A program made the translations under genes and the position numbers. A DNA stretch of 64,000 nt from a virus. This document shows, in pieces, positions 29,546-39,152 of this stretch. The notes under the pieces were generated by a model, which was not told the DNA's origin, ran no database searches, and was given only the letters and a program-made list of their open reading frames with translations. The stretch lies in IMG/VR virus record IMGVR_UViG_3300031669_000007, positions 1 to 64,000 of that record. One strand, 5' to 3'. Positions within the stretch are counted from its first letter, which is position 1, and each line of letters opens with the position of its first letter.

Positions 29546-30193
29546 TTAGTTTTTTAATTTACAGTTTTCGCCGTGCCATCGAGAATAATTTCCCTGAGCA
29601 ATTAATTTGTGGCAATAAGGACACTCTATTTTTAATCTAGCTATCCTAAATCTTGGATTCTTTTCGCCTATTTTGCCGAACATTGGATTCTTATCTCCAA
29701 GATGCGATATTGATTTTTTAATTTTTGTTTCTTCGGAATCTTTAATAATTCCGGTTACTCCTTTATTCCATGCTACTACTCCTGGCTTACCTTTATTGTG
29801 TGCTGGTTGACCTTGTCTTGCTTCAGATATTTTAGCTCGGGTTATGTCTGAGTGTCTGCTTCCTGGTGTTGCTCCATCTAACCCGTTTTCTGGTTTTTCA
29901 TTTGCCCATATCTTTTTGCCAGTTAAACTATCTTTGGCATTTACTATATCCCATTGATCTGAACACATTAACGCAAATTTAACTAATTCGTCTTTCTCGG
30001 TGAATAAACAGTACCAAATAGTTTCAACTTTGCTGCCGTGTTTCTTTAAGTGCCTTTTCCAATATCGGCCAGATCCTCTATATGAAATCACTCTGCCATG
30101 ACTACCCGTTGTTTTACAAAAATATTTTAAGCCTGTTACAGAATGCTGTTTAATACACAAATAAGTTGTTCTGAATTCCGCCTCATTATTCAT
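29546..30193 (-). CDS. Putative GIY-YIG-like homing endonuclease with NUMOD3-type repeats
   Basis: TYLCIKQH..TGLKYFCKT, HSDITRAKIS, AWNKG, NPMFGK; own TAAATA at 30216-30221. Confidence 0.78.
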   Translation of the reverse strand: MNNEAEFRTTYLCIKQHSVTGLKYFCKTTGSHGRVISYRGSGRYWKRHLKKHGSKVETIWYCLFTEKDELVKFALMCSDQWDIVNAKDSLTGKKIWANEKPENGLDGATPGSRHSDITRAKISEARQGQPAHNKGKPGVVAWNKGVTGIIKDSEETKIKKSISHLGDKNPMFGKIGEKNPRFRIARLKIECPYCHKLIAQGNYSRWHGENCKLKN

Positions 30194-30243
30194 ACTATTC
30201 CTTGAACTATAATAGTATTTATTCTATTGTTAGAGACGATAAA

Positions 30244-31341
30244 TTAAAAGTCGGTGTCAAACATAATATCGTCGTCATCCTTAGTTACTACTCCGACCTT
30301 GTACTGGTTATTATCCTGTTCTTGTGGTGCTGCCTGTGTCTTACTAATATTAATCCAGTCTTCCATGTGAGGCATTGGATTATGACGAGGAAACTTGTAC
30401 TCGCTTTCCAGATCTAAAAATTTATGAACTGGTGCTGCGTTATACATTACCCACGACTTAACTGTGGCTGCATTTGCTCCAACTAATTCTCTGCCTTCAC
30501 TAAACAAATAGTCAGTCCACACCATCTCTGATTCAACTATGTCATTAAATAGTTTTTCAATACGCGGCTTTAATCTTAAATATGCTTCTTTACCTCGCTC
30601 AGTTTGCAGTTCTACTCTCAATACTTCCTTATCGAGCTCAACGTGTACTTCAAGCTCGTCCTGTGCAATCTTTTGAACTGCTTTTCCAATACTTTGGAAC
30701 CAGCCCGTGCTGCAAATAGTAAATGTGATTGCAAAGCTTGCCATAAATTGCACTCTCTCTAATAAGAACAATGCAATGATTGCCATAAAGAGTGAATCAT
30801 ACGATTGTTCTGCTGTCATCTCTCCTAATGCATAACGATGTGAAACTTTGAATACATCATCAAATACTTCTTTGATAGTAGTTAAGCGAACTAAGCTTTC
30901 TCTTACTGCAAGGATATCTGTTAATACTAACTCTGGATTATCAAAGCTCATACGAACAATTTCACTGTAGGTTGCTGAGTGAATAACCTCGTTATCTGAA
31001 ATTCTTTGCCATGCTGCCCACAATGAACTATCAGTAATGAATGGAGCTAGTACAGGAGCAATGTTTCTTGATGCAACACTGTCTGCTTCCCATTGCCACG
31101 CGAGTGTTCGTATCATCATATCATACACTGACTTAGGACAGTTCTTAAAATCTAAGTTGCACTGACTATAGTCAAACTCATCCTCTGACCAGTCTAAGCT
31201 TTTCATTGTTTTATAGATTGCCCAAATTTTAGGATAGTGTTTATTTACTGTGTCAAACACACCAGGATCTTCACCAAAAAATAGCGGTGACTTATCGTGA
31301 TATTGTTTTACTGTTTTATTTACGTTAAATACTTTTGTCAT
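30244..31341 (-). CDS. nrdB: Ribonucleotide reductase class Ia beta subunit
   Basis: WSEDEF, ADS, EVIHSATY, ERVQFMASF, DELEVH, APQE. Confidence 0.95.
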   Translation of the reverse strand: MTKVFNVNKTVKQYHDKSPLFFGEDPGVFDTVNKHYPKIWAIYKTMKSLDWSEDEFDYSQCNLDFKNCPKSVYDMMIRTLAWQWEADSVASRNIAPVLAPFITDSSLWAAWQRISDNEVIHSATYSEIVRMSFDNPELVLTDILAVRESLVRLTTIKEVFDDVFKVSHRYALGEMTAEQSYDSLFMAIIALFLLERVQFMASFAITFTICSTGWFQSIGKAVQKIAQDELEVHVELDKEVLRVELQTERGKEAYLRLKPRIEKLFNDIVESEMVWTDYLFSEGRELVGANAATVKSWVMYNAAPVHKFLDLESEYKFPRHNPMPHMEDWINISKTQAAPQEQDNNQYKVGVVTKDDDDIMFDTDF

Positions 31342-31365
31342 TTGTCTTCTTTCTTCGTTGTGTTG

Positions 31366-33672
31366 TTATAAACTGCACGACTCACAGTAGTCGTCGCCAT
31401 TATTTGAATCAGATACTGTGTCGCTTGTAATAGCGTTACTACTTTCAATTGCATTTTCATTTGATCCAAGCTCAACGCCCTTGCTTGTTAAACTATTTAC
31501 ATAATAGCGTGATTTCATTCCATACTTTATCATATCTATGTAGTCTTGTATCATTTCCGTACTAGATACTTTCTGGTCACCTTGTATTTTTACAAAGAAG
31601 TCAGCACTAATTCCTTGATCGCACCATTTTTGCATAATAGCATAAACTTTAATCATGTCGCTAGTTTTTATATCCCATGCGAATTGATATTTGTTCTTTA
31701 ACTTTGTTGCGTCAGGAGCACACCAATGGTTGATTAGTGTATCGTTTGTTTTCATTAAATAGAACTCACGGATTGGGTACGGCCCGTTTGTGGTGCCAGA
31801 TGAAATAGTTGAGGATTCTCCTGGCATGTGTGCAACTAACACTGAATTACGAATACCACCGTTCTTAATAATGTCTTTACGCAATAAGTCCCAGTCACGC
31901 TTGTTCTCTACTGTAACTAACTCATCGACACGTTTTTCGTATGTATCAAGCGGTAACCATCCCTGTGGCCATTTTGTTTTGTGCATCCAAGGAGCATTCC
32001 CTAGCTCTTTGCCTAATCTTAGGCTTGCGTTGATTAAGTGCCACATATGAGTCTCTGATAACTCATGAATAAAATCCCTACCGCCTTGCTCTGAGTATAA
32101 GAAACCTTTCTTCGCCATTAGATGTGCAAGACCTAATATACCAACACCTGCGCTCAGTCTTGCTTTTGCTGTGTGTTCCAAGTTAGGGAACACATAGTCG
32201 CTTTTGAAGATACATTTGTCAATCATCTTCAGTGCATAGTAGGCTGCATCGGCGTATTGATCATCTGACTCAATATTACTGACGATAATGCCCGCAATAC
32301 TGCAAAGACCAATTTCTCCGTCGCCTTCTTCGTATTCTTCTTTATACAATTCTGCTACGCTCTCGTATCCTTTAGTTACAAGGTCAATCTCTTGGCACAA
32401 ATTGCTTGAATAGATTTTTTCTAAGAAAGGAGTATGCTGGTTCATCATATCAGTAATATGTAGATATTGAACACCAGTTTCGTAGCTCTGTGTTAAGGCA
32501 CCAAGCAACAACTCACGAGCATTTACTTTGATGGTTGCTTTTCCCGATTCGACATATTCGTTATATAGTCTCTCAAACTCGGATGTATCACTACTGTACT
32601 GTGCTTCGTATAAGTCGGGAGCATCGGCAATAGAGAAGAGGTAAATGTCTTCTTTCTTTGCTACTTTGCGGGCAAAAAACTTGTTTGAACCAAAGCTGTA
32701 ATGACATCCACCAATCTTTTTATTTGCTGGTGTCATTGGGTGACGTAATTTCTGAATTACTTCTACTTCTGGATCATAAGCCGTGTAATGAACAGTGCTT
32801 GCTCCGCCACGCCCATTTTGTAGATTAGCTTGAATAGCACCAACCATTGATCTATAATATGGAAGCTTTCCTTGATGCTGGATCATTCCGCTTCTAATTG
32901 AATCACCCAACGAACGTGTCTTAATATGTGTTCCGATACCTGCACTCATACATGTCATCATATATGAAATGTGATCACCTGCTGCTAAACTTGGAGCAGA
33001 ATCTTTCGTAGTGTAAAGACAGCAAGATGCGTAGCCGTTTAATTTTGTTCCAAGGTTTACGAAGTTTGGTGTTGGGCAGTTAATGCGATTATAACTAAAG
33101 TGATCATACCATGCCTTCACATGAACTAAACGTTCCGCTGGATTTTCGTCTTCGGCAAGAGCCATTGCCATACGCATATAAACAAACTGCGGAGATTCAT
33201 ATTCTTTACCTGTCAGCTTGTTGCGTAAAGAATATTTGTATCTGATTTGATTTAGTTGATAATGTGGATATTTAAGATCTCGCTTATGGTCAATTATCTT
33301 CTCCACTGCACTGTATTCCTCGTCTGAGTAATCTAATGTTACCATTAAACCATCAGTGGCCAATGATCTATGTAGATCATTTACGGTAGGGCGACCGTCA
33401 GGGTAAGTTATGCGCTCAATCAATGACGCATATAGTCTACCGGCCATTCTATTGTATTCCCAAGTTTTCTTACTCAGACACACTTTAATTAATGTTTCTT
33501 GTAGCTGTTGACTTGTGCATTCCTCTGGACATTGGTTAACTGTATCAATTACTATGGTTGACCAATCTACATGTGGTCCGAGAGTTTTTGCTGCCCACAC
33601 TCCCCACCCATTTAATTTACTAGGAATGAATTCTTCCGTAGTACCGTTACGTTTCAAAATAGTTTTTATCAT
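31366..33672 (-). CDS. nrdA: Ribonucleotide reductase class Ia alpha subunit
   Basis: ATP cone, ESPQ, PTP, ASCC, SNLCQEI, PGESS, DQGIS, C-terminal CESCSL. Confidence 0.97.
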   Translation of the reverse strand: MIKTILKRNGTTEEFIPSKLNGWGVWAAKTLGPHVDWSTIVIDTVNQCPEECTSQQLQETLIKVCLSKKTWEYNRMAGRLYASLIERITYPDGRPTVNDLHRSLATDGLMVTLDYSDEEYSAVEKIIDHKRDLKYPHYQLNQIRYKYSLRNKLTGKEYESPQFVYMRMAMALAEDENPAERLVHVKAWYDHFSYNRINCPTPNFVNLGTKLNGYASCCLYTTKDSAPSLAAGDHISYMMTCMSAGIGTHIKTRSLGDSIRSGMIQHQGKLPYYRSMVGAIQANLQNGRGGASTVHYTAYDPEVEVIQKLRHPMTPANKKIGGCHYSFGSNKFFARKVAKKEDIYLFSIADAPDLYEAQYSSDTSEFERLYNEYVESGKATIKVNARELLLGALTQSYETGVQYLHITDMMNQHTPFLEKIYSSNLCQEIDLVTKGYESVAELYKEEYEEGDGEIGLCSIAGIIVSNIESDDQYADAAYYALKMIDKCIFKSDYVFPNLEHTAKARLSAGVGILGLAHLMAKKGFLYSEQGGRDFIHELSETHMWHLINASLRLGKELGNAPWMHKTKWPQGWLPLDTYEKRVDELVTVENKRDWDLLRKDIIKNGGIRNSVLVAHMPGESSTISSGTTNGPYPIREFYLMKTNDTLINHWCAPDATKLKNKYQFAWDIKTSDMIKVYAIMQKWCDQGISADFFVKIQGDQKVSSTEMIQDYIDMIKYGMKSRYYVNSLTSKGVELGSNENAIESSNAITSDTVSDSNNGDDYCESCSL

Positions 33673-33756
33673 ATTGCCTTTTTTATTGTATTGTATTTAC
33701 GAGTGACGCTGAGTAACCAAACTATTTACTGTTCGATTTGTGTTTTCTTGTTTATC

Positions 33757-34287
33757 TTATATAAATGATATGCTGTTGTAGGTAAGTATTGCAGGATTTC
33801 CTGAAGATGATGTGTATGTCATGCTCAGTGAGTTTGCCGTAATAGTTGTGTTTGGTATCAACGTAATACCCAGATTATTTGTTTCAACGTAATCATCTTC
33901 GTATGCTACTGCAGAACCATCGGACAACATTGCTATTTTCATTGATCCTGTTCTCTCATCTAAATCACGAGTAATTGAGTAACTCATTATAACTGAACTG
34001 AAATTACTGTCAATTACTGTGGATAGAGTCGGTACAGAAACATTTGCAGATAACGGTGTATATAACATGGCTGCCCCGTTTCCGGAAATGCCTGCTAAAT
34101 CTAAGTCAGTTAGTATTCTAGTACTCTGTCCAGGAAGAGGAGAACCTTCAGATAACGTTCCATTGCCAATATATAATTCTCTAGTATCAACTGCCCAACC
34201 AAGTTCTGCGCTTGTTAGTGTGCTTGAAGATAAATCTGATCGTAATCCTCTTCGAAGTTGTATGCGACTGATTTGTAAAATTGCCAT
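33757..34287 (-). CDS. Virion structural protein with Mtd_N-like N-terminus
   Basis: ISRIQLRRG...ELGWAVDTRELYIGNG. Confidence 0.7.
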   Translation of the reverse strand: MAILQISRIQLRRGLRSDLSSSTLTSAELGWAVDTRELYIGNGTLSEGSPLPGQSTRILTDLDLAGISGNGAAMLYTPLSANVSVPTLSTVIDSNFSSVIMSYSITRDLDERTGSMKIAMLSDGSAVAYEDDYVETNNLGITLIPNTTITANSLSMTYTSSSGNPAILTYNSISFI

Positions 34288-34302
34288 TGTTTTATGTCCT
34301 AA

Positions 34303-34875
34303 TTACTCAATAATTGCTGTATAATCTTCTTTAATGTATGATGAACCTGTCTTAAACATTGGCCAGTCAGAAAAATCGCCAGTATTTTCTATCATAATAC
34401 GCCAATCCGTAGATCCACCACTACTGTAAAAATTATTTAATGTATCAATATCAAATGGTTCATTCTGCCCAGCTTTGATATTATGCCATTGTTTCTTAAA
34501 TCTTGATAATCCCTTAACTACTTCTTGCATATCAGGAGAATGTATCTTACCCAAAAATAATGGGTTTTTCGCCAATCTTGATTTATAAAACCAGAGCATT
34601 TTAGAAAATATCTTTTGTCCTCTATATTCTTCTTTAACCCAAATATCATCGACTATGTTCTTATCATTCAATGAAGTATATGCTATTAGTTGATTCCTGT
34701 ACCATAAAGAATAATAGTCATTATATTGTCTAACTTGATATTGTTCAATATCTGCGATATATTTCCCGTGTGTTAGCCACAACTCAGAGTGTTCTTCCCC
34801 AAACTTTTTTGCAAGGTTAGAATAATCTGGACCTCGCCAAGGCATTTCGCTTATAAATTCTATGGATCTCATCAT
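34303..34875 (-). CDS. GNAT-like acetyltransferase with CTS-like N-terminus
   Basis: IWVKEEYRGQKIFSKML motif A; MRSIEFISE; TAAATA at 34877-34882. Confidence 0.65.
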   Translation of the reverse strand: MMRSIEFISEMPWRGPDYSNLAKKFGEEHSELWLTHGKYIADIEQYQVRQYNDYYSLWYRNQLIAYTSLNDKNIVDDIWVKEEYRGQKIFSKMLWFYKSRLAKNPLFLGKIHSPDMQEVVKGLSRFKKQWHNIKAGQNEPFDIDTLNNFYSSGGSTDWRIMIENTGDFSDWPMFKTGSSYIKEDYTAIIE

Positions 34876-34884
34876 GTATTTATG

Positions 34885-35595
34885 CTAAGAGAGGCGATAG
34901 AACTTCTCAACCCTCGCCAACCATTTTTCTACATAAATATCCCACTCATCGCCTTCGACCACCCACTGTTGATACTCACATGCTCGACTACACATTAAGA
35001 TAACGCCAGTGCGTATATTTGTTTTATGTACTTCGTTGTGTGCCATTGCATAGGCAACAAGCTGAGTCTTATAATCCTCAACCCACTCGTCCTTTTTAGG
35101 CTTATTGGTCTGTTTATAGTCGAGAATTGACTCTTTTCCGTTCCAAATACCAGCCAAATCTGTTGACCCTGCATAGAGTCCTGGATAGTAAACGGGGACT
35201 TCCGTTCCCCATATCTCGTCCATATGAACTAGGCCCTTTTCTATAATTTGTTGTGCCATTGGATGAGCAATCTGTTGAACAGTGTTTGTTCCTGGGGCTT
35301 TGGATTCACCCAAGCAATATTGTTCGAGCATCTTATGCATCGTCGTTCCAACTCCGGCTGCTTCTGTTGTGATAGTTTGGGCTGCTTGATGTCCTACTCT
35401 TTTACGCCAATTTTGTAGGGCTGCTTTAGATTCCTCAGACTTGGTCTTATCTAAGATAGTTGTGACCGAGGGGAGTTTGCTACCGTCAGGAGTATCATAT
35501 AATCGTTTGCCATCTACTATGGCTCTGGACATTGCTTGATACGTGAATTTTTCTACAATCGGTATTTGTTTTTGTGGGTTAGTTATAAGTGTCAT
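34885..35595 (-). CDS. PD-(D/E)xK exonuclease
   Basis: LPSVTTIL, GTTMH, TE, YAGSTD, DYKQ, QLVAYA. Confidence 0.88.
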   Translation of the reverse strand: MTLITNPQKQIPIVEKFTYQAMSRAIVDGKRLYDTPDGSKLPSVTTILDKTKSEESKAALQNWRKRVGHQAAQTITTEAAGVGTTMHKMLEQYCLGESKAPGTNTVQQIAHPMAQQIIEKGLVHMDEIWGTEVPVYYPGLYAGSTDLAGIWNGKESILDYKQTNKPKKDEWVEDYKTQLVAYAMAHNEVHKTNIRTGVILMCSRACEYQQWVVEGDEWDIYVEKWLARVEKFYRLS

Positions 35596-35633
35596 GCATT
35601 AATTGTATAACAACATACCATCAAAAAGCAAGT

Positions 35634-36056
35634 TTATTGGCGATTTTTTGCTGCGCTTTTTGCCATATTCGAAACTGTTTCTTCCGAATCTTGTTCCGGC
35701 GACGTGTGTTCTTCACCGCTATCTTCGCCGTCGCCAGTATGCTCTTCATCGGAATCTTCATCCGAATCAGATGCAAGCTCGATTGTATCTTTATTGAAGG
35801 TTTTGATTAGGTCTTTTACTGCGTCATTGTTTTCGAATGCGTCAACAAGTGCATTATAATCGAATGTAGTATCGCCAGCGTTCTGAACCAATTGAATCAA
35901 GCTATCGGTGCGTAGTTTTGCAGATAGTTCTTTATCTTCAGAACGCTTCTTTAAGAACATAAGAACAGGCATAAGATTTGAAGATAGTGTATCTTCGCCG
36001 CCACCTAATTGATCTTCTGCTGATGCATCTTCAAATACTATTTCTCTTATTTTCAT
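35634..36056 (-). CDS. Putative prohead core/internal protein
   Basis: MKIREIVFE start; acidic tail. Confidence 0.55.
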   Translation of the reverse strand: MKIREIVFEDASAEDQLGGGEDTLSSNLMPVLMFLKKRSEDKELSAKLRTDSLIQLVQNAGDTTFDYNALVDAFENNDAVKDLIKTFNKDTIELASDSDEDSDEEHTGDGEDSGEEHTSPEQDSEETVSNMAKSAAKNRQ

Positions 36057-36787
36057 TAACGACGCTCTCTACCAAGTGATTCCGGACCACCTGCGGCTGC
36101 ATCATCTGCGCCAAATTCATCTGGAGGAGCTTCACCGCCAAACTCATCTGCGCCGCCCATTTCGTCTGGAAGTCCTGCACCAGGCATACCTTCTGCTCCT
36201 GCTACGCCCGACATATCCATTGGTTCTTCTTGAGCTTCGCCGGTTAATGCGCGAGCTGCGCCGTCTACGCCATCGCGTGATTGGTTAAGTTGTTGTGATA
36301 ATGTTCCTAATACTTGTCCTACTGAGTTTTTGAATTGATCTGCTTGTGCTGCGCCAATCTGATCACGGATAGTGTCAATAAGTGCAGGAAGCTGTTCGTT
36401 CTGTAGTTTGCCTACTTTTTCGATCATGTCTTGAACTGTGTCAACCATGTCTTTTGCTGCAAGAATAGCTTCTGACTTTCCTAGCTCGCCTTCTTTTAAT
36501 TTACGCTTTGTTCTTTCTTTTGATTCTACTAATTTAGTTGCATCAATGAAGCGGGATAATCCTTCAAAGACAATAAGCATTTCTAAATACTGCGGGTCTT
36601 GTTCAGCTGTATGGATTAGGCTGCTTTTACGGATAGCATTGACTGCCTCCATAATCTTATCACGCATTGCTTCTGCTTTTGCTAGTGTTAGAGCTTCATA
36701 ATTGATTTTGAATCCAAAACGTGACTCGGTCACTTTGTTTAGTTTCTTCATTGATGGCTTGTTTTTTGTCATATCTGTCAGTTTCAT
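36056..36787 (-). CDS. Putative scaffold/core protein
   Basis: VTE, LVE, LKE sites; acidic G/P tail; TATAAATA at 36819-36826. Confidence 0.55.
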   Translation of the reverse strand: MKLTDMTKNKPSMKKLNKVTESRFGFKINYEALTLAKAEAMRDKIMEAVNAIRKSSLIHTAEQDPQYLEMLIVFEGLSRFIDATKLVESKERTKRKLKEGELGKSEAILAAKDMVDTVQDMIEKVGKLQNEQLPALIDTIRDQIGAAQADQFKNSVGQVLGTLSQQLNQSRDGVDGAARALTGEAQEEPMDMSGVAGAEGMPGAGLPDEMGGADEFGGEAPPDEFGADDAAAGGPESLGRERR

Positions 36788-36840
36788 GTTTGTGGTTTCC
36801 TATTAAAAACGCTTAATGTATTTATACTCAATTAAATAAT

Positions 36841-37347
36841 TTAAGAAAGTTTTCTAATTAATCGCTTCACCGCTGCAACATTGTTCTCTAAATCTTGTTT
36901 AATTAATCTAAGTTTACCTTTTGTTTCTTCATAGCGGCTTGAGTATAAGTCTATCTTAAATTGATCCTTGGCCGCATGAGCAGCATCTAATCTAACCCTG
37001 AATATAGACTTATCCAAGTCAAGTTTCCCTACATATAAATCTATTCTATATAATTCTTTTGCGGCATCTACTCTGCCCAAGTGCATTAAAGAACAATAGA
37101 AAATAGCACTTCTCTTATCAGTGAACTCTAACTCTTCTACACGCCAACATATATCTGACACCTTCTCTACTTTATATGTTGCAACGAGATAGTCTCCATT
37201 CTGAAGTAGCATACAGATGGGTAACTTGCTCTTTTTTTGAAGTTCTAGCAGTTCGTTTCTTGTCCACTCAGTTACGCGATGTAAGCCGTATGCCTCAATG
37301 ACGTCTAATTTTTTATCGGATTTTTTTAAGATAGATTGTTTTGCCAT
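36841..37347 (-). CDS. Hypothetical protein
   Basis: Long ORF in operon; start probably MAKQ. Confidence 0.6.
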   Translation of the reverse strand: MAKQSILKKSDKKLDVIEAYGLHRVTEWTRNELLELQKKSKLPICMLLQNGDYLVATYKVEKVSDICWRVEELEFTDKRSAIFYCSLMHLGRVDAAKELYRIDLYVGKLDLDKSIFRVRLDAAHAAKDQFKIDLYSSRYEETKGKLRLIKQDLENNVAAVKRLIRKLS

Positions 37348-37522
37348 CGTTTTTAGTTCTCTTAAGGACATCTTTCTTAACTAGGCTACTGGCAATTAGC
37401 TGTTCTCTTGGATTTAGACTCTTCTTAAATACTCCGCCTGTCTCATTAAATTTCGACAATACTTCCCATTCCTCATTATTAAGTGGTATAGAAATATTGT
37501 TTAATAACTCGACGATTTTAAT
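37313..37522 (-). CDS. 69-aa protein with apparent AUU start (absent from ORF track)
   Basis: ATT AAA ATC GTC GAG = (M)KIVELLNNISIPLNNEEW...; GGAG SD upstream. Confidence 0.6.
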   Translation of the reverse strand: MKIVELLNNISIPLNNEEWEVLSKFNETGGVFKKSLNPREQLIASSLVKKDVLKRTKNDGKTIYLKKIR

Positions 37523-38120
37523 TTTGTATCTCCCTGTTCTTTTTACGTTTAAGCCCTGTCCTAATTTTAACCCAGGCTTCTTTGCGTTCAGCCGACCATT
37601 TCTTGTCTGTCATTGCCTTAGCTATTTTCTTGCTTGTTTCTTTTAATTTAGGGCTCGTTTCTTTAGTAAGTCCGGTATTCCAGGACGTTGATACACCAAG
37701 CTCTTTTTTAAGTTTATTGTTCTTCTTTCTTGATTCATTCAGATTACGGGTATGTTCAGCAGTGCGTGGTTTATGATAAGCATGTTTACTGCATATTCTA
37801 CCCTTCTCGCCACCACCGTTTAATCCATTTTCAGGTCTTAAATTAGCCCAATTTTTTGATTCAACTATCTTTTCTTGTTCTGAAAAAATCTCAGCAAATT
37901 TTTTGCATTCTTCTTTATCATAAAATAAACAGAACCAAACTGTTTCAACATATTCTTTACCGTGTTTCATATTATGATTTTGCCAATATTTTCCAGATCC
38001 AAAATATGTAAGCATTTCTTCATAATTAGCAACCGTTTTGCCAAAATACAACTTGCCGGTTATGCGGTGTCTCTTTATATAAAGATATGTTGGTTTAAAC
38101 TCTCTCATGACTGTAGCCAA
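37518..38120 (-). CDS. Putative GIY-YIG-like homing endonuclease
   Basis: PTYLYIKRH..TGKLYFGKT, YFGSGKYW, WANLRPENGL, WNTGLTKE. Confidence 0.78.
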   Translation of the reverse strand: MATVMREFKPTYLYIKRHRITGKLYFGKTVANYEEMLTYFGSGKYWQNHNMKHGKEYVETVWFCLFYDKEECKKFAEIFSEQEKIVESKNWANLRPENGLNGGGEKGRICSKHAYHKPRTAEHTRNLNESRKKNNKLKKELGVSTSWNTGLTKETSPKLKETSKKIAKAMTDKKWSAERKEAWVKIRTGLKRKKNREIQN

Positions 38121-38539
38121 GGCTCGATAAAAATATTCTTAATGGCACCGTATGGGTGAAAGATGGGTAATATAAAACGTGCCGTCTCATCTAATCCAGT
38201 GATGACTGGCACTTGCTCAAAATCGGCATTTAGTGCAGACATTGGCTTGCCAGGCAAGTCATATACGCCCTCTGCTTCAATGGCCCAAGACCACTGCCAT
38301 ATAGTCTGGACTCCCGAGTAGAATTCTCCGAAATTATAAAAATCTACGTTGTCTTCGAATTTCTGCGGTAATTTGATATTCAAGGGTTGTGTTTTTAATC
38401 CAATACATTGTAGCACTGTTTCCCAGTTGCGCTGCTGGTTTCTTGCGATATCTTCTGTGTCAGAGCTTCGTGTTACTCCGGTAGCAGTTATATCTACTAA
38501 GGAATAGCCTATAAAGAATTGTGGATTCGCCGCGCTCAT
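38105..38539 (-). CDS. Late hypothetical protein
   Basis: TAAATA 4 nt upstream of ATG. Confidence 0.65.
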   Translation of the reverse strand: MSAANPQFFIGYSLVDITATGVTRSSDTEDIARNQQRNWETVLQCIGLKTQPLNIKLPQKFEDNVDFYNFGEFYSGVQTIWQWSWAIEAEGVYDLPGKPMSALNADFEQVPVITGLDETARFILPIFHPYGAIKNIFIEPWLQS

Positions 38540-38569
38540 ACAGTATTTAGCTTATGAAGTTATAGTCAC

Positions 38570-38601
38570 AAAAAAGCCAGGTCTGACCTGGCCTGGCTTT
38601 T
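38570..38601 (-). terminator. Rho-independent terminator
   Basis: AGCCAGG...CCTGGCT stem with T6 tail. Confidence 0.75.
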
Positions 38602-38624
38602 AATGTGTGGATTCTAATTAACTA

Positions 38625-39047
38625 TTAAGCTAACTTGAAACCTTCTGTGCTTGAAACTGTGAAACCTACTGGCACAATGTTAGCAACGTTTGCAGTTGTA
38701 GATAACACCGGCGAATTCAATGCTGTTGCAAGAGTTGTGTCAGTGAAGCCTGTTGCTTCAACTAACAAGCTGATTACTGAACCGTCAACTTGATACATAG
38801 TTGTTGTTGATTCAACACCAACTCTGCGTAGTGTTGATTCAACAACTCCGCCCACTCCCATTTCAACTGTCAAATCTACGTTTGAAGTAAGTTTGAAAGC
38901 TGTTGGGCTTTTTGTAAGACCAGGTGCAATGATAATTCCAACTGAATTATCACCTGTCATACCGATATCGAAGTTAACAACACCGTCTGCATCTCCGTGT
39001 ACTCTTGTTGCGCCTAATGGTTGATTATTGTTGATTGGTAATGCCAT
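38625..39047 (-). CDS. Putative abundant virion structural protein
   Basis: TATAAATA at 39094-39101, AGGAG SD, own terminator, T/G/V-rich. Confidence 0.55.
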   Translation of the reverse strand: MALPINNNQPLGATRVHGDADGVVNFDIGMTGDNSVGIIIAPGLTKSPTAFKLTSNVDLTVEMGVGGVVESTLRRVGVESTTTMYQVDGSVISLLVEATGFTDTTLATALNSPVLSTTANVANIVPVGFTVSSTEGFKLA

Positions 39048-39152
39048 AATATTTCTCCTAAAGTAAGTGGGATCTATACGATCCGCATATACTTATTTAT
39101 ACGAGTGGAGAAAAATCGTCGAATTTCGATCTGAAGATTTATCCAACTGCAT

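Noticed and set aside
30244-33672. Intron or intein in nrdA/nrdB
   Set aside because: Both ORFs are continuous and of normal length
34885-35595. Cas4 call for the PD-(D/E)xK nuclease
   Set aside because: No four-Cys Fe-S motif and no cas genes or array nearby
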